Positions 37,790 to 49,878 are shown, numbered from the stretch's first letter. The stretch: DNA of 64,000 nt from Nitrosopumilus sp. (GCA_965206745.1 OZ242220.1:128001-192000), one strand, 5' to 3'. The notes: generated by a model from the sequence alone, not told the origin. Numbers and translations: made by a program.

Positions 37790-38827
37790 CTATTCTTGTT
37801 CTAGGATCAACTTTGACATTGTGGTCTCAGTTGGGATCTTTTGTTCAACAGCAAAGGCAATTGCCGCCAGATTTCTAATCTCAAATGAGGTTAATTTTGT
37901 AATTCCAACTATTGTTGCAAAGCTGAACATCTTTGTAAACGATCTAAGCGATGAGGTGTATATTGACAACTCAAAGGCCCTTTCAAATTCGGCAATTGCG
38001 TCTAGCTCATTTTCAACTTGTGGAACCAAGTCTTTGTATTTCGTACTTGACAACTCGTTGAACGCATCCTTGACCGTAGCTGCTGCCATCATTCTTGCTA
38101 GCAGTTCCTTGGCAGGCAGACTGGTGTTAATCACCAAATCCTGAATCTGCTCCACTTGCAGTTCCCAGAATTTTCCCCGAATCACACTTAGAATGTTGTA
38201 AAAGTCAATGTCCATTGAGACAATCTTTGTTGCCTCCTTGTCCGAATAACTCCTCATTGCGCTAGCTAGATGCTGGAACAATATCTTGTCAAAATACGTG
38301 TCAAAGATCTGCAAGTTTTTCTTTTCATTGTATAGTGCGGCAGCCTTTGTAATTTCATCTGCAAATTTAACTGAATTCAAACTTGCCACTGCCTCTTCAA
38401 AATCCTTGGCAACTAGTGCTTTGACGATGACATCCCTTTGCTTGATCAACCCCTCTGCATGAAGATTGACATGAGATTCGATCTCCTCCTGAGACTTTCC
38501 TAGGATCTTGCCTTTTAAAATTAGTTTTAGATTTGAGACGATAAATCTCATATAGTATGCATCCAATACCCCGGAATTTCCCGAAGTCTTTGCAATGGAA
38601 TGATGAATATCTGCCAATTTGCTTCTAAGTGCCGATTCGATGTTTTGTGAAGAATATGGTTTTTGGACATCTGCCACTGCATCTGCGTATACGGTGTTCT
38701 TGATCCTAGTCATTAATTCCTCCAAATCCCTAGATTCGGCAAGGGTCTGGTAATCTCCTCTTGCCAGCAGTTTGCCTCGTTTACTGTATGATTTTACAGA
38801 GGCATAGACATTCTTAGAGCCACCCAT
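37790..38827 (-). CDS. atpC: A/V-type ATP synthase subunit C
   Basis: NLKLILKGK, DIDFYNI and EIRNL. Confidence 0.88.
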   Translation of the reverse strand: MGGSKNVYASVKSYSKRGKLLARGDYQTLAESRDLEELMTRIKNTVYADAVADVQKPYSSQNIESALRSKLADIHHSIAKTSGNSGVLDAYYMRFIVSNLKLILKGKILGKSQEEIESHVNLHAEGLIKQRDVIVKALVAKDFEEAVASLNSVKFADEITKAAALYNEKKNLQIFDTYFDKILFQHLASAMRSYSDKEATKIVSMDIDFYNILSVIRGKFWELQVEQIQDLVINTSLPAKELLARMMAAATVKDAFNELSSTKYKDLVPQVENELDAIAEFERAFELSIYTSSLRSFTKMFSFATIVGITKLTSFEIRNLAAIAFAVEQKIPTETTMSKLILEQE

Positions 38828-38890
38828 TTCGATCAATCTTCTCTAGGCAACTGATTTTAATGTTTGGCGATCTGTTAGTGAGGACAAACC

Positions 38891-39559
38891 CTACGTTATT
38901 TTATCTAAAAATACCAGCGCTCTGTCTTTTTCCTGTTTTGATAGTTTTACAAAGGCAGAAAGAATCTCTTTTTGAATAATCAGGGATTCGTCAGAGATAC
39001 CCTGTAATTTTGTGAGATCAAAAGGGAGCAACTCTATAATTTCATTTTTGCAAAAAGCCTTGACATATTTTTGAAAGATCGAATATGTGAAAATGGGGCT
39101 TGTCTTTACAAGATTGGTCAGGATCTTCTCAAACTCTCTTTCTTTATCTTCGGATTTTGAGAAGAACTCGGTGAGTAAATTCTCTCGATTTTTGCATTCG
39201 TTAATTGATAATGCTACCAAGATCCCTTTCTTTGTCAGGTGGTAGTATGGAATTCCCTTTTCCTGTAGTGCTTTTGGACCTCGTTTCAGAGGCAATCTGC
39301 CATCCTCTTCTGCAATACCCATAGGAAGCAGGATCTCGTCTAGATCGCGAAATATTCCTGAGTAGATGTTTTTCCATGCAATATCTGCTTTTTTTGCCAT
39401 TATTTGGGAGATTCCAGTCCTTGTTCTCTCTGCTGGATTTGCATTACTGCCCAGTATGGAGATGATTGCCCTCTGCCTGTTTGCCTCTCCCGTAAGATCG
39501 CTATCTCTTGTTTTGAACGTATCAAAAATTGCCAATTTTGTGCCTGATTTGACTTTCAT
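38891..39559 (-). CDS. Hypothetical winged-helix-type protein divergent from amt
   Basis: T..GISQ...W...YSGIFRDL..L.P......YYHLTKKG resembles a wHTH wing motif. Confidence 0.65.
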   Translation of the reverse strand: MKVKSGTKLAIFDTFKTRDSDLTGEANRQRAIISILGSNANPAERTRTGISQIMAKKADIAWKNIYSGIFRDLDEILLPMGIAEEDGRLPLKRGPKALQEKGIPYYHLTKKGILVALSINECKNRENLLTEFFSKSEDKEREFEKILTNLVKTSPIFTYSIFQKYVKAFCKNEIIELLPFDLTKLQGISDESLIIQKEILSAFVKLSKQEKDRALVFLDKIT

Positions 39560-39686
39560 CTGTATACTCCTATCATAATATCCATATTTTATGTTATTAT
39601 CAGAATACACTAAAATATAATAATTTACTTTTTTGTATGCTTTTTGGTCTCGAATGCTTAAATAATTTTCAATTTCGATAAATTTA

Positions 39687-41246
39687 ATGAATTCTAGAAA
39701 CTACAAGTATGCTCTATTACTTGTAGCCGCAGTATCTATCACAGCAGTCGGTGCTATGTCTCAGGCATACGCACAAAGTGTTAATGATGGTATGGACGGA
39801 TATGTCAAAGGAACCAGTGGAATCTACACTGGCAATCCTAACGAATGTTGGTATGAAGAAGATGGCGGCATGCTACCCTGTAAAATTGATACAGGTGACA
39901 CAGCATGGATGCTTACAGCAACATCTTTGGTACTCTTCATGTCCCCAGGCGTCGGCTTCTTTTATGGCGGTTTAGCCAGATCAAAGAACGTCGTCAACGT
40001 ACTTGGTATGACCCTGATCGTAATGGGTCTAATGTCAGTACAATGGGTTCTGTGGGGTTACTCGCTAGCATTCGGTGGAATTGATTCAGATGCAAACATG
40101 TTCATGGGAAATCTCGATTATGTCGGATTTAACATGGTATCACCATACGCACCGTTAGGTGAAGCAGGTCCATGTGGAGACACATGGTCAGCAGCTTACC
40201 AAATGAATGCGATGGTTGATGGAGATGTTTGTAGTCAAGGTTGGCCTGGTACAGTACCTCACCAACTATTTGCAATGTTCCAAGCAACATTTGCAATAAT
40301 CACACCAGTTCTAATCATTGGTGGATTAATTGACAGAATCAAATTCAGCGCATTGATCATATTCGTTCTCTTATGGGGAACCTTCGTTTACGACCCAATA
40401 GCACACTGGGTCTGGGGAGGAGGATACATAGGAGGAGGCGCACTTGACCTCGATCCAGATCTATCACCGAGCTACGCTTTAGACTTTGCAGGTGGTACTG
40501 TAGTACACATTTCTTCAGGATTTGCTGCATTGGCAGGAGCCCTAGTCCTTGGCAGAAGACTTGGATACGGCAAAGTGCCAATGGAACCACACAATATCCC
40601 GATGGTAGTCCTCGGAGCAGGAATACTCTGGTTTGGATGGTTTGGTTTCAACGCAGGAAGTGAAGTTATGGTAGACGGCATTACCGTCAGCGCATGGACT
40701 GTTACAAATACAGCGGCTGGTATGGCTGCAATAACTTGGGTGCTCATGTCTTGGGCACATACAGGAAAACCAAGTATTGTTGGAGCTGCATCAGGTGCAG
40801 TAGCAGGATTGGTAGCAATCACACCGGCCTCAGGCTGGGTAGGTCCAATGGCTGCGATTATAATCGGTATTGCAGCTGGTACAATTTGTTATGCAAGTAT
40901 CGCACTCAAGAGTGCACGCAAATGGGACGACGCATTAGATGTATGGGGAGTACACGGAATGGGTGGTCTTACAGGTGCAATTTTGACTGGTACATTGGCT
41001 AGTCCACACATCTGGGATACCGGAGACGGTATCGGTGCATGGACTGGTACAGCAGAAGGAATGGAACAGCAAGCAATCAGCATCATCGCCGCTGCAATGT
41101 CAGTAGCCTATGCATTTGGTGTTACGATCGTAATCCTCAAAGTAATGGATGCCGTATGGCCGGGCGGAATCAGAGTCACTCCTAAAGAAGAGGAGATTGG
41201 TCTCGATTTGGCACAGCATGGCGAAAGAGCATACGTTAACGAATAG
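39687..41246 (+). CDS. amt: Ammonium transporter (Amt)
   Basis: DTAWML, FQATFA, DFAGGTVVH, WFGWFGFN, DDALDVWGVHG and GLD..QHGE. Confidence 0.97.
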   Translation: MNSRNYKYALLLVAAVSITAVGAMSQAYAQSVNDGMDGYVKGTSGIYTGNPNECWYEEDGGMLPCKIDTGDTAWMLTATSLVLFMSPGVGFFYGGLARSKNVVNVLGMTLIVMGLMSVQWVLWGYSLAFGGIDSDANMFMGNLDYVGFNMVSPYAPLGEAGPCGDTWSAAYQMNAMVDGDVCSQGWPGTVPHQLFAMFQATFAIITPVLIIGGLIDRIKFSALIIFVLLWGTFVYDPIAHWVWGGGYIGGGALDLDPDLSPSYALDFAGGTVVHISSGFAALAGALVLGRRLGYGKVPMEPHNIPMVVLGAGILWFGWFGFNAGSEVMVDGITVSAWTVTNTAAGMAAITWVLMSWAHTGKPSIVGAASGAVAGLVAITPASGWVGPMAAIIIGIAAGTICYASIALKSARKWDDALDVWGVHGMGGLTGAILTGTLASPHIWDTGDGIGAWTGTAEGMEQQAISIIAAAMSVAYAFGVTIVILKVMDAVWPGGIRVTPKEEEIGLDLAQHGERAYVNE

Positions 41247-41276
41247 AAAAAACCCTTTTTTCTTCTTTTTATTTTA
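41247..41276 (+). terminator. T-rich terminator after amt
   Basis: T-rich run CCCTTTTTTCTTCTTTTT shortly after the stop. Confidence 0.55.
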
Positions 41277-41314
41277 ATCCAAATGAATTTACATTTGATC
41301 ATTTTATACAAATC

Positions 41315-42091
41315 ATGCTAATCTCTACAAATGAGCTTGATTTGATTCTCGATGATCCTGACGTCATCTTGGCTGATACGCGCTCCTTCAAGGAATATTC
41401 GGAAGGACACATTCCGGGGGCCGTTCATTTGGATCTATTTGCATTCCATTGGATTGATACAACACCAGAGGGAATCAAGAACTTTGATGGTCAGGCCCAA
41501 AACCTCCTCTCATTTCTGGGAGTGACACCGGAGAAAAGAGTCATCTTTTACGACTCAGTTTCTGGAATGCTTGCAGCTAGAGGCGTTTGGATGCTGATGT
41601 ATTTTTCACATCAAAACGTCTCAATGCTTGACGGAGGGATAACAAAATGGAGAGAGGAAAATCTTTTGCTTGAGACAAAGCCGAATGGTTTTCAGCCGTC
41701 TAAATTTTCAGGAAAAGTCAATCCTGCGATTATTTCAGGATTTGAGTACGTTCGGGATAATCTCGAAAACATAAAAATTCTTGATGCCCGTTCCATCGGA
41801 GAGTATGATGGAAGCACGGTCCGCGCTGCCCAGTCTGGGCATATTCCAAATGCAATAAACGTTGACTGGAGCCAGAATCTCAACGTGGATGGCACTTTCA
41901 AAAATGACGATGAGTTATCCAAGATGTATGATTATCCAAAAGACTCTGAAATCATCACCTACTGTCAAGGTGCATACAGGGCCGCCAACTCGTTTTTGGT
42001 TTTGAAAAAGCTTGGATTTGAGAATGTTCGGGTCTATCTTGGCTCTTGGGGAGAATGGGGAAACAGGCTGGAACTCCCAGTAGAGAAATAG
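41315..42091 (+). CDS. Rhodanese-type sulfurtransferase
   Basis: GHIPGA, LDGG, YCQGAYRA and Y.GSWGEW. Confidence 0.92.
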   Translation: MLISTNELDLILDDPDVILADTRSFKEYSEGHIPGAVHLDLFAFHWIDTTPEGIKNFDGQAQNLLSFLGVTPEKRVIFYDSVSGMLAARGVWMLMYFSHQNVSMLDGGITKWREENLLLETKPNGFQPSKFSGKVNPAIISGFEYVRDNLENIKILDARSIGEYDGSTVRAAQSGHIPNAINVDWSQNLNVDGTFKNDDELSKMYDYPKDSEIITYCQGAYRAANSFLVLKKLGFENVRVYLGSWGEWGNRLELPVEK

Positions 42092-42481
42092 ATTTCATTG
42101 CGGTTCTGTGAATCTATCGGATGTTGAAATACGGTTCTTATTTCGATTCAAGAATCTTCTCAAACTTGTAATTTTATCCAATCATTGCGTGTAAAACACC
42201 AAATACAGATCTTATTGTTGCTGCAGACGGCCTGAAATGTTTTGAGCCTTGGGATCTGGTGTTACAGGATTAAATACATCCTCCAAAGTTCTAATGATGA
42301 TTGTCCGGACAAATTATCTTTTGTGTTGCAGTTGGTCTTCCCTCAAAGCAACCCTCGGAGAGGAGAAAATGACTGAATTGATTAAAAGTGGGGAATATCC
42401 ACAGTACGGTTCCAAAAATACAGAATGCAAAGACGGGAGATTCTCTTGCAGATCCTGCAACCTGCACTTTGGAGGGAAAAA

Positions 42482-43276
42482 ATGAAAAAACTCCTCTATG
42501 TCGTAATACCGATTATCGCATTTTCAATAATATTTGTAAATGCATTTTATGGCCATTTGATTTTTGCATCTGAAACACAGGAGGTCATAAACAAGTATTC
42601 GGTGTACGTTCATCTGTTATCTGAATGGCAAAGTGATTCAAAAAACATCATTTTTGATGTGACAAACACGTGGCACAAATCTGACAAAATCGACAATGTC
42701 AACCACGTATTTGACGCAGAGTCCAAAGAGTACAACACCAACCAAATTCATGAAATTTACGGCAAGACGTATGTTGAATTGAAACACGAGTTTAGTGATT
42801 GTCAAGAAGAATGGCAACCGATGCTGTATAGAAAAGCAGTAGATACAGTGAGACACGAGATAGAGTATGTCCAAGGACAGCAGCTTGGTACCGATCCCAG
42901 CGTTTCGATATATCCGGACGTTGAGAACATGAATTATGGTAATTCAGAACAGCAGCTGCAGATCAAGAATGGGTTTGCACAGTTTTTCCCTATCTGTACG
43001 TCAAAGGATACCACGTCATATGACTATAGTGTAAAAACTGATAACAGGGATTTGGGTTTTGATGTATACTTTGTCTCATCGTATATGGAACAGAAGAACT
43101 TTGGAGATCCCGAATTTGACTATTACATGGAATCTGGCTGCTATGGACAGAACAAACAGAGCTACAGTGGCACCTGCAACAGTGTCACAGACGATAGTGG
43201 GCTGCTGATAATATTTCCCGATGATCTAAAACCATTCACTACAAAAGTCACGGTAAATCTGTATGAAAACAACTGA
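42482..43276 (+). CDS. Secreted hypothetical protein
   Basis: Signal-like MKKLLYVVIPII at 42482; four Cys. Confidence 0.7.
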   Translation: MKKLLYVVIPIIAFSIIFVNAFYGHLIFASETQEVINKYSVYVHLLSEWQSDSKNIIFDVTNTWHKSDKIDNVNHVFDAESKEYNTNQIHEIYGKTYVELKHEFSDCQEEWQPMLYRKAVDTVRHEIEYVQGQQLGTDPSVSIYPDVENMNYGNSEQQLQIKNGFAQFFPICTSKDTTSYDYSVKTDNRDLGFDVYFVSSYMEQKNFGDPEFDYYMESGCYGQNKQSYSGTCNSVTDDSGLLIIFPDDLKPFTTKVTVNLYENN

Positions 43277-43282
43277 TCCGTT

Positions 43283-45388
43283 CTAGCTTTGTTTCTTCTT
43301 CCAGATGAACTGGTTGTAAATCAATTCCGGCCTAATCTGTCTGAACGGTTGCGCACCGCCGGCATACCATTTTGTAAAGAACTCATACAAGTGCAGTCTG
43401 AGTGACTGGATGTATACGATTAGTCCTTCAATCATCATGATTCCCAGGTTTCCGCCGATGATCATTACCATTGCAGCGACTGATTCAGCGCCTCCAAGGG
43501 ATGAGAATGCGTTATTCACCGTGATCAGCAGGGCCGCATGCACAAGCAGCATGATTCCAAGACGCGCATAGCTGATTGTGTGAGCTAGGCTCTCTACTGT
43601 TTTACCCAAAAGAATTTCCATGACGACACTTGCAGGATCCGCCCCGTCTTCAGGATGCCTTTTTGCATGCATCACGCCACCGACCATCATGATGACCATT
43701 GATGCAATTACAATGACGACTGCAATTCTTGTAATAATCCAAACCTCTGCCCACTCCCCTAGGAACAGTGTAACCCATGGGACAGCCTCTGTGTGAGCCC
43801 TGGAATACATGTTCATGACATCGTACTGTGAACCGATTGCACACATCATGATGACAACGATTCCCCCGTAGAGTGTAATGTTTGGAATTGCCTCAGTAAA
43901 TGCCACCATCTTGTGTCCGTCCTTTAGTAGTCTGATTACACGCAGAGTCATCGCCAAAACCAAATGCACGATTCCAATGAATAACGAAACCTTGAGAATG
44001 TTGATTACCTGCTCAAATGTTAGTTCGGCGACACTGAGAATTCCTACTATCCAGCTAACAGAGTGCAGTGCTCCGCCTTCCTCCAGCAATCCCTCAAACG
44101 GACCTATGTGATCAAGATGGAAACCAAACACCTCTCCTGCCGCCACGCCTGCCATGGCTGCCGAAGCGCCAGATATTGCAATTAGCATTCCCCATTTTGA
44201 TAGTTGGCCCTGTCCTTTGAATTTAAAAAGCAGACCTAATGCCATGAGTAACAGTCCGTGACCCATGTCTGCAAACATCAGTCCGTAGAAGATCGGCCAC
44301 ATCAGGGCAATCATGGGTGTCGGGTCCGGCTCTCCGGTCTTTGGCATTCCCTGACTTTTTGTGATTACTTCAAAAGTTCTAACGAATCGCTTGTTGTCAA
44401 ACAATGTTGGAATCTCTTCTTTTAGTTTGGGATCAGTGATCTCCTCTACAACTGACATCCATTGTTTGGTTGACTCTGTAAATTTGGCCTCCATTTTTTT
44501 TGGAATAAACCCTTGAATTACTGCAAAGTTTTTTGTTCCTCCGGGCTTTCTCAATGTCTCAAGAACGTCTTTTGCAACCAGTGCCTTTTCATGCAGTGAA
44601 AGAATGTCCCTTCTGATCTTCTTTGCGATTCCTGCCAGCTCTTTTTTGATTGAGGCCTGCTTGGCTGTCAGTTCCTTAATTTTTGATTCCGCTAATGCAT
44701 AGGCATCACTTGGAATTTGAGGAAAACCCTCTGGAATTCTAAACGTGCTTGAACTGAAACTTCTCAAAACTTTGAGAACCTTCTCAGAGTCTGCCGTACC
44801 TGAAATTACCAAAATTGCCGATTTTTCCTTGCCCTCTAAATCATACTTGTAAACTGTAATGCCCTCAAGGGAGCGACTAATCTCATCAAAGTCTGCTGAA
44901 TTTATGACAAAGAGATCTGCAAAAAAGTATCTCATCAGACCAAATCCGGAGATATCTATCTTCATCTTTCTGATAACCTCCAAGGTGTCCTTGAGTGACT
45001 TGTACTCTTCAATGGAAATTCTAGTGGTGGCAGCCTCTTCTAGCAACTGTGCCGGCTTGTCAATAATGGATGGGGCCTCTTTACCCAACTGCCCTACCAT
45101 CTCTTCAATCTCGCTGATCTCATAGTCTTTTTTCTTGATTACGGTTCCCTTGAACAGAATCTCCATAATTCCTACCTCTAGGGGAATTCCCATTCCTCTG
45201 ATGACATCGTCGACTGACTGGAAAGTTTGCTGTGCTTTTAGCAACAAATCATCGATTTCAGGCGTGACCAAATCACTGGCAGAATCAATTTTATGATACC
45301 ACTCAAACTCGGTTAGTCTTGAAATTGCTCTTGGAGACTCGTTTCTTGGCAAAATTACGGTTCCGAGTTTTAGATCAGCTGTTCCCAA
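43283..45388 (-). CDS. atpI: A/V-type ATP synthase subunit I
   Basis: DPTP, YGLMFADMGHG, HTISYARL and LRLHLYEFF. Confidence 0.95.
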   Translation of the reverse strand: MGTADLKLGTVILPRNESPRAISRLTEFEWYHKIDSASDLVTPEIDDLLLKAQQTFQSVDDVIRGMGIPLEVGIMEILFKGTVIKKKDYEISEIEEMVGQLGKEAPSIIDKPAQLLEEAATTRISIEEYKSLKDTLEVIRKMKIDISGFGLMRYFFADLFVINSADFDEISRSLEGITVYKYDLEGKEKSAILVISGTADSEKVLKVLRSFSSSTFRIPEGFPQIPSDAYALAESKIKELTAKQASIKKELAGIAKKIRRDILSLHEKALVAKDVLETLRKPGGTKNFAVIQGFIPKKMEAKFTESTKQWMSVVEEITDPKLKEEIPTLFDNKRFVRTFEVITKSQGMPKTGEPDPTPMIALMWPIFYGLMFADMGHGLLLMALGLLFKFKGQGQLSKWGMLIAISGASAAMAGVAAGEVFGFHLDHIGPFEGLLEEGGALHSVSWIVGILSVAELTFEQVINILKVSLFIGIVHLVLAMTLRVIRLLKDGHKMVAFTEAIPNITLYGGIVVIMMCAIGSQYDVMNMYSRAHTEAVPWVTLFLGEWAEVWIITRIAVVIVIASMVIMMVGGVMHAKRHPEDGADPASVVMEILLGKTVESLAHTISYARLGIMLLVHAALLITVNNAFSSLGGAESVAAMVMIIGGNLGIMMIEGLIVYIQSLRLHLYEFFTKWYAGGAQPFRQIRPELIYNQFIWKKKQS

Positions 45389-45457
45389 GATAAATTTTGG
45401 GTATTTTCATTTAGTTTAATATCTTTCTGATTCTTATCCCAAACATTAAAATCCATT

Positions 45458-46075
45458 ATGGGTCAACGGCACCCATTGACATCTAATTCTGCATTAGAAA
45501 GCACAATTGACAAAATTCTAACGGGTACCGAAAAAGATATTCTAACAAATATCAAGTCTGGATTGGACGAATCGCAACAAAAACTTGATGATGCCATTCC
45601 TAAATTAGAGAGCCAGTATGACAAAATTATCTCAGATGGCAGAAAAGAGGCCGATAAGATCGAAAAACAGATCACGGGAGGTTCAGATATTGAAGCTAGA
45701 AATAAGCAGCTTTTGGCACTAGAGGGCGCAGTTGACAAAGTGTTTTCAGCAGCACTGGATCAAATTGCAAGTGCTGATCGCAGTGGCGATTACTCGAATC
45801 TCATCAAGACTCTGATTGAGGAGGCAACCAAAGTTTTAGGCACCTCAGATATTGTTATCTCAACTAATGCAAAAGACATGGATGCTGTCCAGTCTGCACT
45901 ATCCCAATTTTCAGGAGCAGAACTATCCACTGAGACAATCGAATGCCTCGGAGGAATCAAAGTCAAATCCAAAGATGGCGCAATGACATTTGATAATACG
46001 ATCGATGCAAGAATTGAACGTCTGAAGCCTTTAATAAGGAAAGAAATTGCAGCAAAATTCGGAGTGGGAAATTAG
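45458..46075 (+). CDS. atpE: A/V-type ATP synthase subunit E
   Basis: GGIKV...DG....DNTIDAR; the start may be TTG 45476. Confidence 0.9.
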   Translation: MGQRHPLTSNSALESTIDKILTGTEKDILTNIKSGLDESQQKLDDAIPKLESQYDKIISDGRKEADKIEKQITGGSDIEARNKQLLALEGAVDKVFSAALDQIASADRSGDYSNLIKTLIEEATKVLGTSDIVISTNAKDMDAVQSALSQFSGAELSTETIECLGGIKVKSKDGAMTFDNTIDARIERLKPLIRKEIAAKFGVGN

Positions 46076-46078
46076 AAT

Positions 46079-47857
46079 ATGGCAGCTCGAGGTAGAATTG
46101 TTTGGGTAAGTGGACCTGCTGTAAGGGCAGACGGCATGTCTGATGCAAAAATGTATGAGACTGTGACTGTAGGCAATTCAAAATTAGTAGGTGAGGTCAT
46201 CCGACTCACCGGAGACGTGGCATTTATTCAGGTATACGAATCAACAAGCGGTCTCAAGCCAGGCGAGCCCGTGGTAGGCACTGGAAATCCATTGAGCGTG
46301 CTGCTAGGTCCCGGAATTATTGGCCAGCTTTATGATGGGATTCAAAGACCGCTAAGGGAGTTATCTAAAGCATCTGGCTCATTTATCGGAAGGGGCATCA
46401 CGACGACTGCTGTAGATATGACAAAAAAATATCATTTTCTTCCAACTATCAGCAATGGTGATGAGGTCGAGGCTGGAAACATTATTGGAACTGTCCAGGA
46501 AACCGATCTTATCGAACACCCCATAATGGTTCCGCCAGATCATGCAGGCGGAAAAATTTCAAACCTTGTCTCTGAAGGAGACTATGATTTAGAAACTGTC
46601 TTGGCAACCACCGAAAAAGACGGACAGTCAGTTCAGCTTAAAATGTATCACAGATGGCCTGTACGAAAACCACGTCCATACAACAAGAGGTATGATCCAA
46701 CGGTTCCGCTACTTACCGGGCAGCGCGTAATTGACACGTTCTTCCCAATTGCAAAGGGAGGAACAGCTTCAATCCCTGGGGCATTTGGAACAGGAAAAAC
46801 CGTAACATTGCACCAAATTGCAAAATGGGCCGATTCCCAAGTTGTTGTTTACATTGGCTGCGGTGAAAGAGGAAACGAAATGACCGAGGTACTAGTTGAA
46901 TTCCCACACCTCAAGGATCCGCGCAGTGGAAAACCACTGATGGATAGAACCGTCCTTGTGGCAAACACAAGTAACATGCCAGTGGCGGCAAGAGAAGCAA
47001 GCATCTACACCGGTGTCACAATTGCAGAGTATTACAGGGATATGGGTAAAGACGTCGTGCTTGTGGCAGACTCGACAAGCAGGTGGGCTGAATCACTCAG
47101 GGAGATGAGTGGCAGATTGGAGGAAATGCCTGCAGAAGAGGGTTATCCATCGTATCTGGCATCGCGATTGGCAGAATTTTATGAAAGGGCAGGTCGCGTA
47201 AAAGCAACCGGAAGTCCAGACCGTGACGGTTCAGTGACTCTGGTAGGGGCCGTTTCACCGTCCGGTGGTGACTTTACAGAACCCGTTACAACACACACAA
47301 TGAGATTTATCAAAACTTTCTGGGCATTGGATGCAAAACTTGCATACTCTAGGCATTATCCGTCAATCAACTGGATGAACAGCTATTCTGGCTATCTTGC
47401 AGACATTGCAAAGTGGTGGGGCAAAAACATCAGCGAGGATTGGCTGAGTCTGAGAAGTGAGGCATATGGTATTTTACAAAGGGAGGACACGCTAAAAGAA
47501 ATTGTTAGACTCTTAGGTCCTGAGGCGCTACCAGATGAGGAGAAACTAATTCTCGAAGTTGCACGAATGATAAAGATTGGCCTGCTGCAGCAAAACTCAT
47601 TTGATGATGTCGACACCTACTGTAGTCCGGAGAAGCAATACAAGCTATTGAATCTGTTAGTTAGTTTTTACAAGAAAGGACAGCAGGCACTCAAAGAGGG
47701 TGCATCACTGTCTGATATCCGTGGGTTGTCTGTAGTGACAAGTCTGCTCAAGGCAAGAATGGATGTCAAAGATGATCAGATGCCAAAACTAGAGCAGCTA
47801 GATAAAGATATGCAAGAACAATTCAAATCAATCATAGGAGTAAAGGTGTCAAATTGA
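46079..47857 (+). CDS. atpA: A/V-type ATP synthase subunit A
   Basis: GAFGTGKT and GERGNEM; no intein. Confidence 0.98.
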   Translation: MAARGRIVWVSGPAVRADGMSDAKMYETVTVGNSKLVGEVIRLTGDVAFIQVYESTSGLKPGEPVVGTGNPLSVLLGPGIIGQLYDGIQRPLRELSKASGSFIGRGITTTAVDMTKKYHFLPTISNGDEVEAGNIIGTVQETDLIEHPIMVPPDHAGGKISNLVSEGDYDLETVLATTEKDGQSVQLKMYHRWPVRKPRPYNKRYDPTVPLLTGQRVIDTFFPIAKGGTASIPGAFGTGKTVTLHQIAKWADSQVVVYIGCGERGNEMTEVLVEFPHLKDPRSGKPLMDRTVLVANTSNMPVAAREASIYTGVTIAEYYRDMGKDVVLVADSTSRWAESLREMSGRLEEMPAEEGYPSYLASRLAEFYERAGRVKATGSPDRDGSVTLVGAVSPSGGDFTEPVTTHTMRFIKTFWALDAKLAYSRHYPSINWMNSYSGYLADIAKWWGKNISEDWLSLRSEAYGILQREDTLKEIVRLLGPEALPDEEKLILEVARMIKIGLLQQNSFDDVDTYCSPEKQYKLLNLLVSFYKKGQQALKEGASLSDIRGLSVVTSLLKARMDVKDDQMPKLEQLDKDMQEQFKSIIGVKVSN

Positions 47858-49239
47858 GCACTCAAGGCGGAGTTCAGTACAGCAAGATTGCTGAAATCAA
47901 AGGTCCTCTAGTTGTAGTGGACGATGTTGAAAATGCGGCATTTGATGAGCTAGTTGAAATCGAAACCACCGAAGGTGAGAGAAGGCTAGGCAAGGTTCTC
48001 GAGGTAGGAAACGGCAAGGCAATTGTCCAGGTCTTTGAGGGCACAACCGGATTATCAATCTCCGGAACCAACGCAAAATTTGTAGGCAAGGTCATGGAAA
48101 TGCCAGTCTCAAAGGAGGTACTTGGCAGGGTATTTGACGGACTAGGAAGGCCAAAAGATGGACTCCCAGATCCAATTGCCGATAAATTTATTGATATTAA
48201 CGGAGAGCCGATGAACCCTGAACAACGTGAGTATCCAAAGGATTTCATTCAAACCGGCGTATCTGTAATTGACGGGATGATTACTCTGGTAAGGGGACAA
48301 AAGCTCCCAATCTTTTCTGGCTCTGGCATGTCCCACAATCTCTTGGCAGCACAAATTGCAAGACAGGCAAGTGTTGTCGGAACAACAGATGACTTTGCCG
48401 TAGTATTTGCAGCAATCGGCGTGCAGTACAGTGAAGCAGAGTATTTCAGGCGAAGTCTTGAGGAATCCGGCGCGCTCAAGAGAAGTGTCCTGTTCTTAAA
48501 CACGGCAGATGATCCTGCAATTGAAAGAATCATCACCCCCCGTGTGGCATTAACTGTGGCAGAGTACTTGGCATTTGAGTTGGGAATGCACGTTCTTGTT
48601 ATTCTGACTGACATGACAAACTATGCAGAGGCACTAAGGGAGATTAGTGCGGCAAGGGAGGAGGTTCCTGGAAGAAAAGGATATCCTGGTTATCTCTACA
48701 CTGACCTTTCAACAATTTATGAAAGGGCGGGAAAGCTTAACGGAAGAAAGGGGAGTGTCACGCAGGTTCCAATCCTGTCAATGCCATCTGATGATATCAC
48801 CCACCCAATTCCCGACCTTACTGGCTACATTACAGAAGGACAAGTGGTGCTTGGAAGGGATCTGTTCAGACAGGGGGTCTATCCGCCAGTCAATATCCTG
48901 ATGAGCCTTAGCAGGCTTATGAAGGACGGGATTGGCAAAGGAAGTACCAGGGAGGATCACAGTGAAATTTCAAATCAGGTTTATGATGCGTATTCTAGGG
49001 CACAGGAGGTTAGGGCACTTGCCGGCATTGTAGGCAAGGCAGGCCTTACTGAGATTGATCTAAAGTACATGGATGTGGGAGATGTATTTGAAAAAGAATT
49101 CCTGACTCAGGCAACTGATGAGAATAGGACTATTGAGGAGACCCTCTCTGTTCTATGGAAGATTGTATCGAAACTACCAAAGAATGAGATTACCAAAATT
49201 AAAGACAAGTACGTAGAGCAATACTATCAGGAAGAGTAG
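47854..49239 (+). CDS. atpB: A/V-type ATP synthase subunit B
   Basis: RGQKLPIFS and [11 protein letters not shown]. Confidence 0.98.
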   Translation: MSTQGGVQYSKIAEIKGPLVVVDDVENAAFDELVEIETTEGERRLGKVLEVGNGKAIVQVFEGTTGLSISGTNAKFVGKVMEMPVSKEVLGRVFDGLGRPKDGLPDPIADKFIDINGEPMNPEQREYPKDFIQTGVSVIDGMITLVRGQKLPIFSGSGMSHNLLAAQIARQASVVGTTDDFAVVFAAIGVQYSEAEYFRRSLEESGALKRSVLFLNTADDPAIERIITPRVALTVAEYLAFELGMHVLVILTDMTNYAEALREISAAREEVPGRKGYPGYLYTDLSTIYERAGKLNGRKGSVTQVPILSMPSDDITHPIPDLTGYITEGQVVLGRDLFRQGVYPPVNILMSLSRLMKDGIGKGSTREDHSEISNQVYDAYSRAQEVRALAGIVGKAGLTEIDLKYMDVGDVFEKEFLTQATDENRTIEETLSVLWKIVSKLPKNEITKIKDKYVEQYYQEE

Positions 49240-49245
49240 CAGGAT

Positions 49246-49878
49246 ATGTCATTTGGACAAAATGTTGCAGCAACAAAGATTGAACTTTTAAAATACAAGA
49301 AGTCCACGCAGGTTGCCGTAATGGTTCAGCAAATTCTCGATGACAAGCGTAAGGTCCTACTGAAGAACATCGAGGAGATGATTCAGGAGGCCTCTAAAGC
49401 AAGGGGCGGGATCTGGGAGCCCTTGCAGGATATCTACAAATCAGTCAATGAGGCATATCTGGCGCTAGGTACCAACACAGTTGACTCTGTTGCAGAGTCC
49501 ACCCCCCCTGTAATGGAAGTGGATGTTCATGTTAGGAGGGTAGTTGACGTAAAGATTCCCGCACTTACTGTAACTGAAAAGGATACAAAGTCAATGCCCT
49601 ACGGATTTGCAGATACAAATTCCTCAATTGATAGAGCTGCAAAACAGATCAAGGAACTGATGCCAAAAATTTGTAAAGCGGCAGAATATGAAAATTCCAT
49701 CTTTAGCCTTGCAAAAGCATTAGAAAAGACCCAAAAACTGCTAAATGCACTAGAAAATGTCATTATTCCTCAATACAAGGAAAAAATTAGATTTATCCTC
49801 TCCACCCTGGAGGAGAGGGAAAGGGAGGAATTCGCAAAGTTAAAAAAAGTCAAAGCAAAGATGGAAAGTAGAAAATAA
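49246..49878 (+). CDS. atpD: A/V-type ATP synthase subunit D
   Basis: NALENVIIP and LEEREREEF. Confidence 0.95.
   Translation: MSFGQNVAATKIELLKYKKSTQVAVMVQQILDDKRKVLLKNIEEMIQEASKARGGIWEPLQDIYKSVNEAYLALGTNTVDSVAESTPPVMEVDVHVRRVVDVKIPALTVTEKDTKSMPYGFADTNSSIDRAAKQIKELMPKICKAAEYENSIFSLAKALEKTQKLLNALENVIIPQYKEKIRFILSTLEEREREEFAKLKKVKAKMESRK

Noticed and set aside
42092-42481. Short overlapping ORFs in the spacer
   Set aside because: No motifs, and they conflict with the better-supported start at 42482.
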